Below the pieces are notes generated by a model that saw only the letters and a program-made list of their open reading frames with translations, was not told the origin of the DNA and made no database searches. The position numbers and the translations under genes are program-made. A DNA stretch of 33,600 nt from a virus (Duplodnaviria; Caudoviricetes): IMG/VR virus record IMGVR_UViG_3300037634_003294, positions 1 through 33,600 of that record; one strand, written 5' to 3'. Shown here in pieces: positions 1 through 10,443 of the stretch; position 1 is the first letter of the stretch; the number at the start of each line of letters is the position of its first letter.

Positions 1-591
1 GACCTAGACCTCTTCCTTGATCTGGCTGACCGCCAAGTGCAGTCCGACTGGTCTCAATTTGATAAGTCAATTCTTCGATATGCAAAGGATTCTGCCGTAA
101 CAGATGCAAGTGGAATCCTTCTTATGGATGCTGACTTTGTAGAAATGGAACGGGTCGAAGATGCAGGTGAGTTGAAATACCCACGCATACAACTAGAGCA
201 GAGATACAGTCGCACTGGTTATTACTATGCAGGATGGGGAAACAGTAATACCCAACGGCAATTACAAGTAATGAAAAACGGTACCGCACTTGCGAGCACC
301 ACAATGTATTTCTTTGCCATGAAGCTTTCTCTTATGGGTTCTGGGGCCAGTGCGGAACCAGTTATCCCAGAAGAGTTTAGAGATTTAATAGCGGTTAAAG
401 CCGCAGAACTTTGGTACCTCGACCAATCCCCTCCCATATTTGCGACAGCAGATAAGTATAGTGGCCGATACAACGGTGAGCTAGAACGTGCTCGTCGTGC
501 ATACCGTACCATTGATGATGAACCTGTATTTATGAACTCTCGTGACCCGGATGCGGGTGGCGGAGGCACTACCATTATTCACCGAACATGA
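1..591 (+). CDS. Head-tail adaptor / tail tubular protein A-like (5'-truncated by window)
   Basis: Frame is open from base 1 (DLDLFLDLADRQVQSDW...). C-terminal 'EPVIPEEFRDLIAVKAAELWY' resembles phage adaptor/tail-tube-A proteins; ATGA overlap with the next gene. Confidence 0.55.
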   Translation, partial: DLDLFLDLADRQVQSDWSQFDKSILRYAKDSAVTDASGILLMDADFVEMERVEDAGELKYPRIQLEQRYSRTGYYYAGWGNSNTQRQLQVMKNGTALASTTMYFFAMKLSLMGSGASAEPVIPEEFRDLIAVKAAELWYLDQSPPIFATADKYSGRYNGELERARRAYRTIDDEPVFMNSRDPDAGGGGTTIIHRT

Positions 592-2315
592 CCCGTGTTG
601 TTGTACCCCCATCGTTATCTACCGTCACTGTTGCCAATTTCTATGGCACAGCCAGTGATCGGAGCGGTGTCAAACTTGATAAGCGGGAATTTACGTTGCT
701 TCAAAATATCGTCAATAAGAACTTGAAGACCCTTGCGGTTCGCCCTGGAGGTATCAAATCATTTTCCCAGACACATACCACTGGAACAGATGTGCGCGCT
801 CTTCATACATTCGTTGATGATGCGGGCACTGAGTTATATGTAAAGATGTCCGGAGGAAAAGTTTATAAATCTTCTGGTAGTACATGGAGCGAAATCACTG
901 CAAGCGCACCCGGCGGAGGTTTTACAGAGGCCGATACATGGATGGTTACGTTGAATACAAAAGATACAGGCTCTAGCAACAGTACATCTGGTACCACTAC
1001 CTCAGCCGAAGCTACATCTATTGAAGACGATGGTATCGGTTGGACTCCCGGTGCGTACACAAAGCAGGTTCTTACTATAAACAGTGAGATTAAAAACATC
1101 GGAGGTAATGATGCTGACATCATCTACCTTAATGAAGCGTTTGATACACTCCCCACCGCAGATGCATTTACTGTGAACCCTCGTGCACAGGAATTCTTTA
1201 TCGCTACTGGTACAGAGTTCTACAAGTGTGATGGGACCACGTTCACGCAGCTTGATACCAGCAACTTCGCAAAAGCATTTGATGGAATAGAAGTCCACCA
1301 CAACCGTATCTTCGCATGGAAGGGCACCAGTCTCTTCTATTCAGACAATGGTGTAGGCGAGCACTTCAGCCGTAACGCTGTGTACGATTTTGCCACACCA
1401 ATCCAACGTGTTTATTCCTTCGGGTCTGTGCTCGTTATATTTGAACGAAGGCGTGTCACTGTGATGTTCGGAGATAACCCGGACCGTCACCAATTTGTAG
1501 AGGTTCTTAATGAAGTAGGAACCACTGCCCCAAAAAGTGTCACATCATACGGTGACTACATATTCTTCGTCTCTGAAGAGTACGGCTTCTGTGTTCTTTC
1601 TCTCGCAGCCTTGGCTAATCGAGGTAAGGTAAACGAGCCACTATCTATCTCTGAAGATTTCATCAATGATAATATTCTCGCACAAAGTTCTGCGAATCTA
1701 CGGACCACTTGTGCTGGTACACACAAAGGTGAGGTCCATTGGTGTTGTGATAATGACTGGTACCGACTTAACGTGAAGGCTTCTCTTGATACTCCGCGAG
1801 ACCCATTTGGGAACGTGCGATGGATTTGGAGCCTTGATGATAGGCCGGACGCTATGGACGCACTTGTGTTAGGCCACTACGGAACGAAGTTCGTAGCTGG
1901 TGCACAAGATAGTGGACAGGTATATGAGATTGAAGAAAGTAGCACGTATGATGATGATGGTACTGCTATTTCATACGTTATTGAAAAGCAAAACTGGCAG
2001 AAGGGAGAGTACGGGAAGAGGCCAAACCACTACCATAGCTTGCACATCCGACAAGAAAACAACGCCGCAAGTTCATTGGTCCAGAGTTACTTCTTTGCTC
2101 CTGGTGGCAACTCATACGGTACTGCCGTTGAGACTGTTGATCTTAATAGTGCCCTATCTGCTGACCATGAGATACAGGTCACTGGTAATCCATCAGACGA
2201 CCCACCAAAAAATTCTGGTGAGTTCCTTAGCTATAAAATTACTGGCTCATCCTCCATCGCCGTACCGGAGTTCGAGCTTATTAATCTCGGTTACTTCGGC
2301 GGAATTGTAAAATAA
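588..2315 (+). CDS. Tail tubular protein B / P22 gp10-like DNA stabilization (nozzle) protein
   Basis: 575 aa, beta-rich. N-terminal 'LQNIVNKNLKTLAVRPG' and 'HHNRIFAW...LFYSD', 'EVGTTAPKSV' patterns are typical of podovirus nozzle beta-propellers; follows the adaptor gene. Confidence 0.6.
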   Translation: MTRVVVPPSLSTVTVANFYGTASDRSGVKLDKREFTLLQNIVNKNLKTLAVRPGGIKSFSQTHTTGTDVRALHTFVDDAGTELYVKMSGGKVYKSSGSTWSEITASAPGGGFTEADTWMVTLNTKDTGSSNSTSGTTTSAEATSIEDDGIGWTPGAYTKQVLTINSEIKNIGGNDADIIYLNEAFDTLPTADAFTVNPRAQEFFIATGTEFYKCDGTTFTQLDTSNFAKAFDGIEVHHNRIFAWKGTSLFYSDNGVGEHFSRNAVYDFATPIQRVYSFGSVLVIFERRRVTVMFGDNPDRHQFVEVLNEVGTTAPKSVTSYGDYIFFVSEEYGFCVLSLAALANRGKVNEPLSISEDFINDNILAQSSANLRTTCAGTHKGEVHWCCDNDWYRLNVKASLDTPRDPFGNVRWIWSLDDRPDAMDALVLGHYGTKFVAGAQDSGQVYEIEESSTYDDDGTAISYVIEKQNWQKGEYGKRPNHYHSLHIRQENNAASSLVQSYFFAPGGNSYGTAVETVDLNSALSADHEIQVTGNPSDDPPKNSGEFLSYKITGSSSIAVPEFELINLGYFGGIVK

Positions 2316-3481
2316 TGCTTATACGACCCCCACTAACTTCGGCTGGCTCCGGCTCAGAACTTATCCAACCAGATAGGCCCAATAGCCCTAGCCAATTTAC
2401 ACGCTGGCTCAACCCACATACGGGTGAGTGGGAGCAATGGGATGGTACACAGTGGATAACACTTGCGCGTCTCAATGCGATTATTTCAGAGTTCGGTAAC
2501 GCGGCGGATGGCGACACTGTTATAACTGACAATACGACGCTGACCAAAAATATGTTCTATGACAGTTTGGTTATTGAAGCTGGTGTCACTGTAGACCCAG
2601 ATGGATTCTCTATCGCTGTGCGTACTAAATTCAGTCATTACGGTACTATAAGTAGGGCTGGCTCCAGAGGGGGTAATGGAAGTGGTCTCACTGCTGGAGC
2701 GGCTGGGACAGCATTATCTCAAAACTATCTCAATGGGTCAGTGGCATCTGGAGCAGGTGGGGCGGGAGCAGGTGGAAACGATGCCTTTAGTACTGCTGGT
2801 AGTGGTGGTGGTGGTGGTGGTTCAGCAATAAATTCCGTAGGTGTAGCGGGAGATGCTGGAGGTGCTGGAGGTGCTGGAGGAGCATCTGGAGGTGAGGGTG
2901 CTGGTGCACCTGGAGGCGCTGCTGGTGCTGGAGGCTCTGTAACAGCACCTATAGCATCAGTTGGTAGCTTTGATAATTTGAATCATGTAGCACGCTGGAG
3001 GACAAACCCCGCAGCACTTGTGCCTCAGCCATTCTTTGGCTCAGCAGGAGCCGGTGGTGGTGGTGGTGGTTCATCTGGACAGGGATTCGGAGGTGGAGGT
3101 GGTGGAGATGGGGGAGATGGAGGAGGTGGAGGTGGAGGGGGTTCCCCAGGAGGAAACATCTTGATTGTCGCAGCTATTGTTTCTGGTAACGGAGCCGTTA
3201 ATGCTGTTGGTGGAAACGGTGGTAATGGAGCGGCAGGAGGACCAGGAGAAGGAAGCGCTCATAGTGGAGGTGGTGGAGCTGGAGGCGCAGGTGGCGCGGG
3301 TGGTGTTGCAGCTTTAATTGCTTCACGAAAAGATGTATTTGAATGGACTACCGATGTTTCTGGCGGCACTGCTGGTAGTGGTGGCGCAGGAGGTGACGGT
3401 GATAACAATGATGGTCTTGCTGGTCAAGACGGTACAAACGGAGACGCCGGAGCTTTCCATGAATTCTTTATTGTCGACTAA
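2315..3481 (+). CDS. Glycine-rich tail fibre/spike-like virion protein
   Basis: 388 aa; 'WEQWDGTQW' N-terminal motif followed by long GGAGG/GGGGG runs; lies in the tail module; TAATG coupling. Confidence 0.55.
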   Translation: MLIRPPLTSAGSGSELIQPDRPNSPSQFTRWLNPHTGEWEQWDGTQWITLARLNAIISEFGNAADGDTVITDNTTLTKNMFYDSLVIEAGVTVDPDGFSIAVRTKFSHYGTISRAGSRGGNGSGLTAGAAGTALSQNYLNGSVASGAGGAGAGGNDAFSTAGSGGGGGGSAINSVGVAGDAGGAGGAGGASGGEGAGAPGGAAGAGGSVTAPIASVGSFDNLNHVARWRTNPAALVPQPFFGSAGAGGGGGGSSGQGFGGGGGGDGGDGGGGGGGGSPGGNILIVAAIVSGNGAVNAVGGNGGNGAAGGPGEGSAHSGGGGAGGAGGAGGVAALIASRKDVFEWTTDVSGGTAGSGGAGGDGDNNDGLAGQDGTNGDAGAFHEFFIVD

Positions 3482-3482
3482 T

Positions 3483-5372
3483 ATGAATAACTCTTCTTAC
3501 ATTACAGGCGAACAAAGGCTCCTAAATTACGTTAGGCGCACATCAGTTGGTAGCAGACCTTCACGACGCACTCTTCGCAGTCGTGCGACTGAAAGCACTC
3601 GTAATTCATCTACTCGTACAAAGAAAAAGCAAACCACTCCTGTATACAAGCACAAGAAAGATAAGGTAGAAATCGCTGGTAGACGGAGTGATGAGGATGG
3701 TAGTCGTACTCCAGATACAGTACGTCGCGCGGCTCTTGACTCTTCTAATAAGAGATTATCAACCAGGAACATAAGTAAGGCATCTACATTTAAACCTGTA
3801 CAGGGACCAGTGAAAGCTAAGTGGGTTTACATCTCTGGTCCAGGTGGCCGAATAATGAGACATACTTACCCCGTCATTCCTGCTGCGAAAGAAATAAATG
3901 GCAGAAGCCTGAGGGATGAGGCAACACGCAGAGTGCGAGAGAGCAATCCAGAACTCTTTATGAGTGGGGCGCAAATAAGAGAGAAGGCTAGGAAACAGGC
4001 ACAACAGCAATTCGGTACAACCAGTGGCTCTAAGGTAGCGCGTGAAGCTGCATACCAAGAGAGGTTGATGACACGATCAATGACTAACGCACGATCAAGT
4101 AAAATTGATTCTGTATTTAAGACTGTAGAAAAAGAGGCGAAAGAAGTCACACAAAGGCAGGAGCACCAGAGAGTCCGAAATCAGCGAGCGTCTCAAAAGA
4201 CTGCATTACAAGCTGCTGTTGATGAAAGAAGGCAGCGTCGCGAAGACAGGATAAAGAGTTCTGGCTTTGACCCAGAGACAGAGCAGGGGCGTGCTAACAT
4301 CGCAGAGAGAGAGAAGAAAAGCCAGGCCCTTATTGAGTCTGGTGATGATGAGCAGAAGCAAGCATTCCGTGATTACATTAATTTCTTGCAGCAGATTCAA
4401 AACATGTCACAAGAGGAACGCGACCAGGCCCTTGGTGAAATAGATGACCAAGCGGCTGCTGAGGTAGACCCATACTATGATAGTGAGGGTAGGTTCCTTG
4501 ATAGGGCTGAGGATGTTCAGCAGCGTAGGAGCGATCTTACACGAGAGCAACAAAGACGTTTAACAGACCTTCGGCTACGCCGAGGTGAGCAGGATATAAA
4601 CCTAGAGACGGGTAGGGCATACGAAGATATAGGAACTGAATTCACATCACGAGGTCTTGATGAGCGTGGTGTGGGTGCATCCAACCGTCGTGGCTTTAGG
4701 TTAAGCCAAGCTCGCAACCGTGGCCTGGGTAGGCTGGAGGAAGACGCTTCATTGAGTAATGAATTTACACGTAGATTTGGAGAACTTAATGACCAGGGTA
4801 TCGACCTCACGTTTGATAGGGCACGTAATAAATTGGACTATGATCGTCTTGGGGATTTAGAAGATGAGAAATCAGACATCTTTGGAGACCTGGAACGATT
4901 CAACTATCTCAACCAGGGTGACCAAGCATCTATTCCAGACTTTACGGAAGACCAAACAGATGAGAGTGAGGGGAAAAAGCCGCGTGATTCTCAAGGAGCT
5001 AGAGGTGGTACTGCTGAAGAAAATCTTACCAACCTTCAAAATAACGTGGCTCAACGAAGAGCAGATCGTTTGGCAAAAATCCCAATAGAGGAACGCTTGC
5101 CAACATATCGGTCCACCCCAACAGCTCCGCCAACTAGCTCACGTTCATCATCTGTGCGAAGAAGTACGACCCCCAATATCCGTAAAAGTACGACCACTTA
5201 CAACATTAAAGCGGCTCCACCGAAAGCGCAAATTCAAGTAAGGCGCGTATCGACCCCCACCGTTCGTAATACTAAGCATACGACACCGACGAGGCAATCA
5301 GTTAGTAGGCTACAATCAGCAGTAGCAAAGAGACGTGCCGCACGTATAGCTGCCAATTCCCGCAAAAGATAA
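3483..5372 (+). CDS. Putative internal virion (ejection) protein
   Basis: Start re-assigned to ATG 3483 just after the previous stop. Basic S/T/R-rich termini and a coiled-coil-like Q/E/R core; first of three helical proteins after the tail genes. Confidence 0.5.
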   Translation: MNNSSYITGEQRLLNYVRRTSVGSRPSRRTLRSRATESTRNSSTRTKKKQTTPVYKHKKDKVEIAGRRSDEDGSRTPDTVRRAALDSSNKRLSTRNISKASTFKPVQGPVKAKWVYISGPGGRIMRHTYPVIPAAKEINGRSLRDEATRRVRESNPELFMSGAQIREKARKQAQQQFGTTSGSKVAREAAYQERLMTRSMTNARSSKIDSVFKTVEKEAKEVTQRQEHQRVRNQRASQKTALQAAVDERRQRREDRIKSSGFDPETEQGRANIAEREKKSQALIESGDDEQKQAFRDYINFLQQIQNMSQEERDQALGEIDDQAAAEVDPYYDSEGRFLDRAEDVQQRRSDLTREQQRRLTDLRLRRGEQDINLETGRAYEDIGTEFTSRGLDERGVGASNRRGFRLSQARNRGLGRLEEDASLSNEFTRRFGELNDQGIDLTFDRARNKLDYDRLGDLEDEKSDIFGDLERFNYLNQGDQASIPDFTEDQTDESEGKKPRDSQGARGGTAEENLTNLQNNVAQRRADRLAKIPIEERLPTYRSTPTAPPTSSRSSSVRRSTTPNIRKSTTTYNIKAAPPKAQIQVRRVSTPTVRNTKHTTPTRQSVSRLQSAVAKRRAARIAANSRKR

Positions 5373-5374
5373 TT

Positions 5375-6502
5375 ATGCCTAATTCAACCCAACCCTCCAC
5401 CGGCAACACATTCGGCTTCTCGATGGAGAGCGCCGCATCAGACTTCCTGGATGCAAAAGAAATTGCGACTCAAGCGGGTAGCAAAAACTTCTTAGCTGCT
5501 GCGCGATCTAAAGCTTTTAATGTACGGCGCGGTGGTCCGACTAAAGACACTACTCCAAAAGCTGGAATTATTGGCTCATCTACATTAAGAGGATTAGATG
5601 CTCCAGTGCCTATCGTTTCTACGAAGCCTGGAGAGCAGCAAGATTTGAGTGGTATTAATGACCCAGTAGCAAATGCACGCCTTGATATTCTTAAGGGATT
5701 CCAAGATCAATATGCTCGCGCGGGTGAGCTAGAGGCTGCGGACACAAACATCATCCGTAATAAGATTATTGCGGACATGGACCCGTACACTGATATTGAT
5801 ACACGTATTAAGGAGGTGACACGCCAGGGCCTTGTCTCTAAAACATTACTAAACCAAAAACTACGAAGCTTACCACCTTCACAGCGCAGGGCTGTGGTAG
5901 CGAGGCGCCTACAGATGTTTGGCGATACTGTGGATAATTTGTTAGAGATACGTAGCAAACGTAAACTAAAGATTGAGGGTCGGGTATCCGAAGAGATTGG
6001 AGACATCCGTGCTAAGGAGACCGCGTTCACAAACCGTGTGAGTATGCTTACTAATTTGGGTAATATGCTTGATGGCATCGGTGCTGACAGAGAGACGAAA
6101 GCGATGATGAACCTTACAGTAGAGAAAGCTAAAGAAGAGCTTGCTCGCTTACGCAGGAAAGCTGATGCGAAGGGTATTGCCTCATCAACAAAAGAGCAGC
6201 TTGATGCCGCAGTAGATATAGCTCGATCAAGTAAGATTCCAGTAGAGACTATTCTTGGGTCATTGCCAGATAAGGACAAGGCAGAGTTCTGGCTCCGTAT
6301 GCAGACACGACCAAATATTACCAACCGTAACGCGCTTGAAGACCCCAATTTGCGACAGAGCAGAGGGGACATAGACCCAATCTATGGAGACCCTTACGCT
6401 GGTCTACAGTCCGCCAAGCAATTCTACCCACCATACGACGATGGCGGAGGAATCCCACAGCAAGTACCACCAACGAAATTTAATTCCGACGACGACGAAT
6501 AA
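5375..6502 (+). CDS. Putative internal virion (ejection) protein
   Basis: 375 aa, alpha-helical character, tightly packed between the other two ejection-like genes. Confidence 0.45.
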   Translation: MPNSTQPSTGNTFGFSMESAASDFLDAKEIATQAGSKNFLAAARSKAFNVRRGGPTKDTTPKAGIIGSSTLRGLDAPVPIVSTKPGEQQDLSGINDPVANARLDILKGFQDQYARAGELEAADTNIIRNKIIADMDPYTDIDTRIKEVTRQGLVSKTLLNQKLRSLPPSQRRAVVARRLQMFGDTVDNLLEIRSKRKLKIEGRVSEEIGDIRAKETAFTNRVSMLTNLGNMLDGIGADRETKAMMNLTVEKAKEELARLRRKADAKGIASSTKEQLDAAVDIARSSKIPVETILGSLPDKDKAEFWLRMQTRPNITNRNALEDPNLRQSRGDIDPIYGDPYAGLQSAKQFYPPYDDGGGIPQQVPPTKFNSDDDE

Positions 6503-6507
6503 ACCTT

Positions 6508-9500
6508 ATGGCCAACCTTTTCAGCAAGAGCCGGCAAGCACCACAAGGCGGAGGACAGCTTTTCTCTCCAGCTCCAAACCACTTTAATCAAAATCTCTTC
6601 GGCGCAGAAACCGACGCGGATGTGATGACTCGTATCACTGCTGAAGTGGAAGAGGAAATGGAGAAAGAGCGTAAGAAAAAAGAGGCTGAGATGAAGAAAA
6701 GGCAACAGCAAAGCACTCCTGCTAAGCCAAAACTGACTGTCGGTAAAGTGGTAAAGGGTGTTGGTAAAGAGTTTGTAAGTAAAGCTGATGACGCAATACT
6801 TTTTGGTAAAGGTAAGGAGCTGCTATTCAAACATAAGATGCACGACATCGCAGATGAGCGAACGCTTGCACGACTAAAAGAGAATGTCCCGGCTGACCAG
6901 TGGTCTGCTGTAGAAAAGAATCTGAAAACTTCTCAGCGCACTCGCGCCATCATGGATACATTTGGTCTTGCGGGTGACAACTTTGTATCGAAGACAAAGA
7001 ATAAATTACTGTTTGGAAGGATGGGTTCCAGGGTTCTGGAGGATTTAAACAATCTTAATGACATGGCTTTGGAGAAATTTGATATGACCAAAGAACAGGT
7101 GATAGAAAACATGCTCAGCCAAGGCGAGGTACCACGAAGAGAGCGGGGTGCAATGACTCAATTAAGTAAAGGGGTTGGTGAGGGGATGTCTCTTGGAATC
7201 TTGGGACAAGATAGAGAAGACCCATTTATACAGGCACAGTATCAGCAAGACCCACTGTCTACTGGAGAGAAGGTGGCGAGCGTAGGAGGTCAACTAGCGG
7301 GTGGGCTTGTGACATACGGTGGAATTGCGAAATGGGTTGGGAAGGGTTTGCAGACTCATGCTGGCATCAAGTCATTTGCCACAGCTCACCCGTATTTATA
7401 TGGAGCAACGGTTCAGAACCTTGCAGAAGAGGGTGTTGAATCGTCGGTCCGATTAGGTACAGGCCAAGAGTATGGAGTCAAAGAGTTTATCTGGGGCATG
7501 AGCCTTGGTGGAATTTTTGAGACAGGAGCGTTTGGATTGAAGAGTCTTAAAGCGTTGAAAGAGGTACGCCCGGAGATTGCACAAAGCCAGATGGAGAGCA
7601 TGGCTAAGACCCTCACAGAAACCATGGGACGGCCACCAACCAACGGAGAACTATTCGACGCCATGAAACATTTAGAGATTGATGGAACGGAAGTAACATA
7701 CAACACACTCTTCAAAGAGGCTCGTATGGCTCACTTGAAAGGAGGTCCAACTCCGAAGGGTGGTAGCAGTGATATTCCAGGAAAGAAAACTTCAAAGCTA
7801 TTCAAGAGAACTTTGGAACAGCCAGCAGACGCTAAGAAGCCTATGCAAAAAGTTCTGTTTGATAAGAAAGACGACGCCCTATTCAACAGTATATCTAATA
7901 AAGAGACTGCGAAGACTGTGCGGGGCCAGTTGGCGAAAGACTATGATTCAGTCCGTACAAGGCTGTTGGATAGCACTCGTACTGTGGATGAGGTGGATGT
8001 AGCGGCGGCTGATGTAGTGGTACAAAAGCTCAATAAGTTGGGTGATGATGCAAGCTTGCAGGAGGCAGCCAACATTACGTTGAATGTCAGCAACTCTCTT
8101 ACTAAGCAGGGTCGTGCGATTCAAGCCGCATCTATGTGGGATAAGTTGTCTCCTGCGGGAGTACTGATGGAGGCACAGCGTACTGTACGTAATACCAACG
8201 ACGCTCTGAAAAAGCGTGGTATCAAGACTCGTATCAATCTTACAAAGGCACAAGAGAAGATGTTCCTAGACAGAGCAAAGAAAGCTCAGAACCTTACAGG
8301 TAGGCCACGCGAAGTTGCTATGGCTATCATCCGTAGGGACTTGGCTGAGATGGTACCAACAGAGGTGTGGGATATGGTTGGTTCAACACACGCTTTGATG
8401 ATGCTTGGTAACTTCAAGACTCTTGGTCGTAACATTATTGGTAACGGCATCCTCGGTAAGATGGAGAACATGAGTGACAGACTTGGGTTCTTAACTGAAA
8501 GAGGTGTGGTCAATCCAGTACAGAGACTACTTGGTAAAGATGTGGTGAAGACAAAGCGTCCTCCTATACAGATGCGTAAGAGGTGGAAAGCTTTCTGGGA
8601 AGGATTCGTTGAAGGTTCAGAAGAGGCATACCACGGTATCGACCTCACTCCTACTGCGAAGGGGAAGTCTAAGTTTTTGGGTATGCAGAAAGGACGTACA
8701 TTTAAGCCCGGTGTATTCGGTAGTAACAAGATAAATAACTCTATTGCTAGTGGTTTCGTAAGAGCTATTGAGAAGACTGCAAGGGGTGGAGAGATAGCTG
8801 TTGGTGTTGGATTGAAAGGGTTCGATAGAGCTGCATTCAAGGCGTCCTTTAAGAACTCGATGGATAACCAAGCGATAATCGCTGGTAAGAAATTCGATGG
8901 TGTCCCTACGCAAGAGATGATCGAGACGGCCTACGCTGAGTCTCTGTTCAAAACTCTTCAGGATGATACAGCGATCTCTAATGCTTTTGTGGCTCTCAAG
9001 AAAAACGTATTAAACCTTGGTTTGAAATTTGGTCCGGGTGACTTCATTCTCAAGTTCCCTAAAGTACCAGGTAATCTGTTGGATAGGGCTATTCGTTACT
9101 CTCCAGCAGGATATGGTAACACCTTGTGGCAGATGTCCAAGCCTCTATTTAAAAGGACTATAGACCAAAAGGAGGTGATAGAATCTTTCTCTCGTGCGAC
9201 TGTTGGTTCTGGATTAATGTTCATTGGTATGAAGCTTAGGGAAGCTGGTGTCATCACTGGTCAGCTCGATGAGAATAGGAATGTACGAGCCGCGCAGCAG
9301 AGCGCTGGGTACAAAGACTACCAAATAAACCTTAACGCGCTTAAGAGGTACGTGATGAGCGGCTTCAATAAAGAGATGTCTAATGAGCACGTAGACGGAG
9401 ATGAGATGATGACGTATGACTGGCTACAGCCAACAGGTGTTTCACTAGCTATGGGTGCTGATATGTATGACGGTGGCGGAGAAGTCACAGCCGTATATGA

Positions 9501-10395
9501 AAATCTCTTAAGGGGTACCGCCCAAGGGCTTGGCTCGCTGGAAGGAAACTCTCTGCTACGCGGACTATCACAAGCTTTCCGTCGTGATGCTGATGGTATG
9601 TTGGAATCTGTTGCGGTCACACTCTCTGAGAACGCTGCGTCCTCCTTTGTACCTACGATGATGAGCCAGGTAAACCAATTAGGAAATCATCTACGCAGAG
9701 AGACGTATGACCCGTCACCATTGCGGACTGGACTTAATAGAATGAAGGCAAAGATTCCGTACATGTCTAGTGGGCTACCCAAAAAGTCATCTACTCTTGG
9801 CAAAGAGATAAAGACTTTCAGCTCCGCAGACAAAAACCTCGGACTCTTCCTCGTTGATGTATTCATTAATCCAGCTATGGTATCCGAGTACAAAAAGAAC
9901 CCAGGCATGGAAGAGCTTATGAGCCTCTATGAAGTGACTGGCGACGCAGCGCACATGCCTCGTGTCGTACAACGGTCTATTAAGATTTCTGGTGGTCCGG
10001 ACGGTCCCGTAAACCGGAAGCTTAAAGGTCGAGAAATATCTGAATATCAGCACATGGTTGGCGCAGATACAAAAGCAATGTATGAGATGGTATTTGATAC
10101 TCCACAGTTCCAGGCGCTTACCCCGGAAAAGAAAGCAAAGGAGATGGGCCAGGTCCTCACCAACATCAACACCGCAGCGAAGATCAAACTCTTCGGGCAT
10201 AAGCCATCATCTGTAAATGAGTTGACAGAATTGCTAGTACGTTACGGTGTACAACATGGACGCACTAACCAAAAGGTGTTATTTGATATGAGAAAAGAGG
10301 CACTACCAGACAGACAAAGCTTCAACCGTTCCACTCGTCTCTTCAGAGATTTGGATAACGCCAATTACACTCCCTTATTTTCTCCTGCGAATTAG
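6508..10395 (+). CDS. Large internal virion / DNA-ejection protein (large polyvalent protein-like)
   Basis: 1295 aa, helical, with Gly/Ala-rich amphipathic segments. C-terminal 'TYDWLQPTGVSLAMGAD...RETYD...KAKIPY' resembles C-termini of large podovirus ejection proteins. Confidence 0.6.
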   Translation: MANLFSKSRQAPQGGGQLFSPAPNHFNQNLFGAETDADVMTRITAEVEEEMEKERKKKEAEMKKRQQQSTPAKPKLTVGKVVKGVGKEFVSKADDAILFGKGKELLFKHKMHDIADERTLARLKENVPADQWSAVEKNLKTSQRTRAIMDTFGLAGDNFVSKTKNKLLFGRMGSRVLEDLNNLNDMALEKFDMTKEQVIENMLSQGEVPRRERGAMTQLSKGVGEGMSLGILGQDREDPFIQAQYQQDPLSTGEKVASVGGQLAGGLVTYGGIAKWVGKGLQTHAGIKSFATAHPYLYGATVQNLAEEGVESSVRLGTGQEYGVKEFIWGMSLGGIFETGAFGLKSLKALKEVRPEIAQSQMESMAKTLTETMGRPPTNGELFDAMKHLEIDGTEVTYNTLFKEARMAHLKGGPTPKGGSSDIPGKKTSKLFKRTLEQPADAKKPMQKVLFDKKDDALFNSISNKETAKTVRGQLAKDYDSVRTRLLDSTRTVDEVDVAAADVVVQKLNKLGDDASLQEAANITLNVSNSLTKQGRAIQAASMWDKLSPAGVLMEAQRTVRNTNDALKKRGIKTRINLTKAQEKMFLDRAKKAQNLTGRPREVAMAIIRRDLAEMVPTEVWDMVGSTHALMMLGNFKTLGRNIIGNGILGKMENMSDRLGFLTERGVVNPVQRLLGKDVVKTKRPPIQMRKRWKAFWEGFVEGSEEAYHGIDLTPTAKGKSKFLGMQKGRTFKPGVFGSNKINNSIASGFVRAIEKTARGGEIAVGVGLKGFDRAAFKASFKNSMDNQAIIAGKKFDGVPTQEMIETAYAESLFKTLQDDTAISNAFVALKKNVLNLGLKFGPGDFILKFPKVPGNLLDRAIRYSPAGYGNTLWQMSKPLFKRTIDQKEVIESFSRATVGSGLMFIGMKLREAGVITGQLDENRNVRAAQQSAGYKDYQINLNALKRYVMSGFNKEMSNEHVDGDEMMTYDWLQPTGVSLAMGADMYDGGGEVTAVYENLLRGTAQGLGSLEGNSLLRGLSQAFRRDADGMLESVAVTLSENAASSFVPTMMSQVNQLGNHLRRETYDPSPLRTGLNRMKAKIPYMSSGLPKKSSTLGKEIKTFSSADKNLGLFLVDVFINPAMVSEYKKNPGMEELMSLYEVTGDAAHMPRVVQRSIKISGGPDGPVNRKLKGREISEYQHMVGADTKAMYEMVFDTPQFQALTPEKKAKEMGQVLTNINTAAKIKLFGHKPSSVNELTELLVRYGVQHGRTNQKVLFDMRKEALPDRQSFNRSTRLFRDLDNANYTPLFSPAN

Positions 10396-10443
10396 CTTGC
10401 GCATCGTAAAACAGTAATCCCCTGTATAATTCCCCAATAGACT

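Noticed and set aside
2740-3420. GGT/GGA/GCT microrepeats suggesting a satellite or collagen repeat
   Set aside because: Explained by Gly/Ala-rich coding; no Gly-X-Y periodicity and no spacer structure.
3318-3482. ORF-track N-terminal extension of the 684-aa ORF
   Set aside because: Overlaps the Gly-rich gene; an in-frame ATG at 3483 lies right after its stop.
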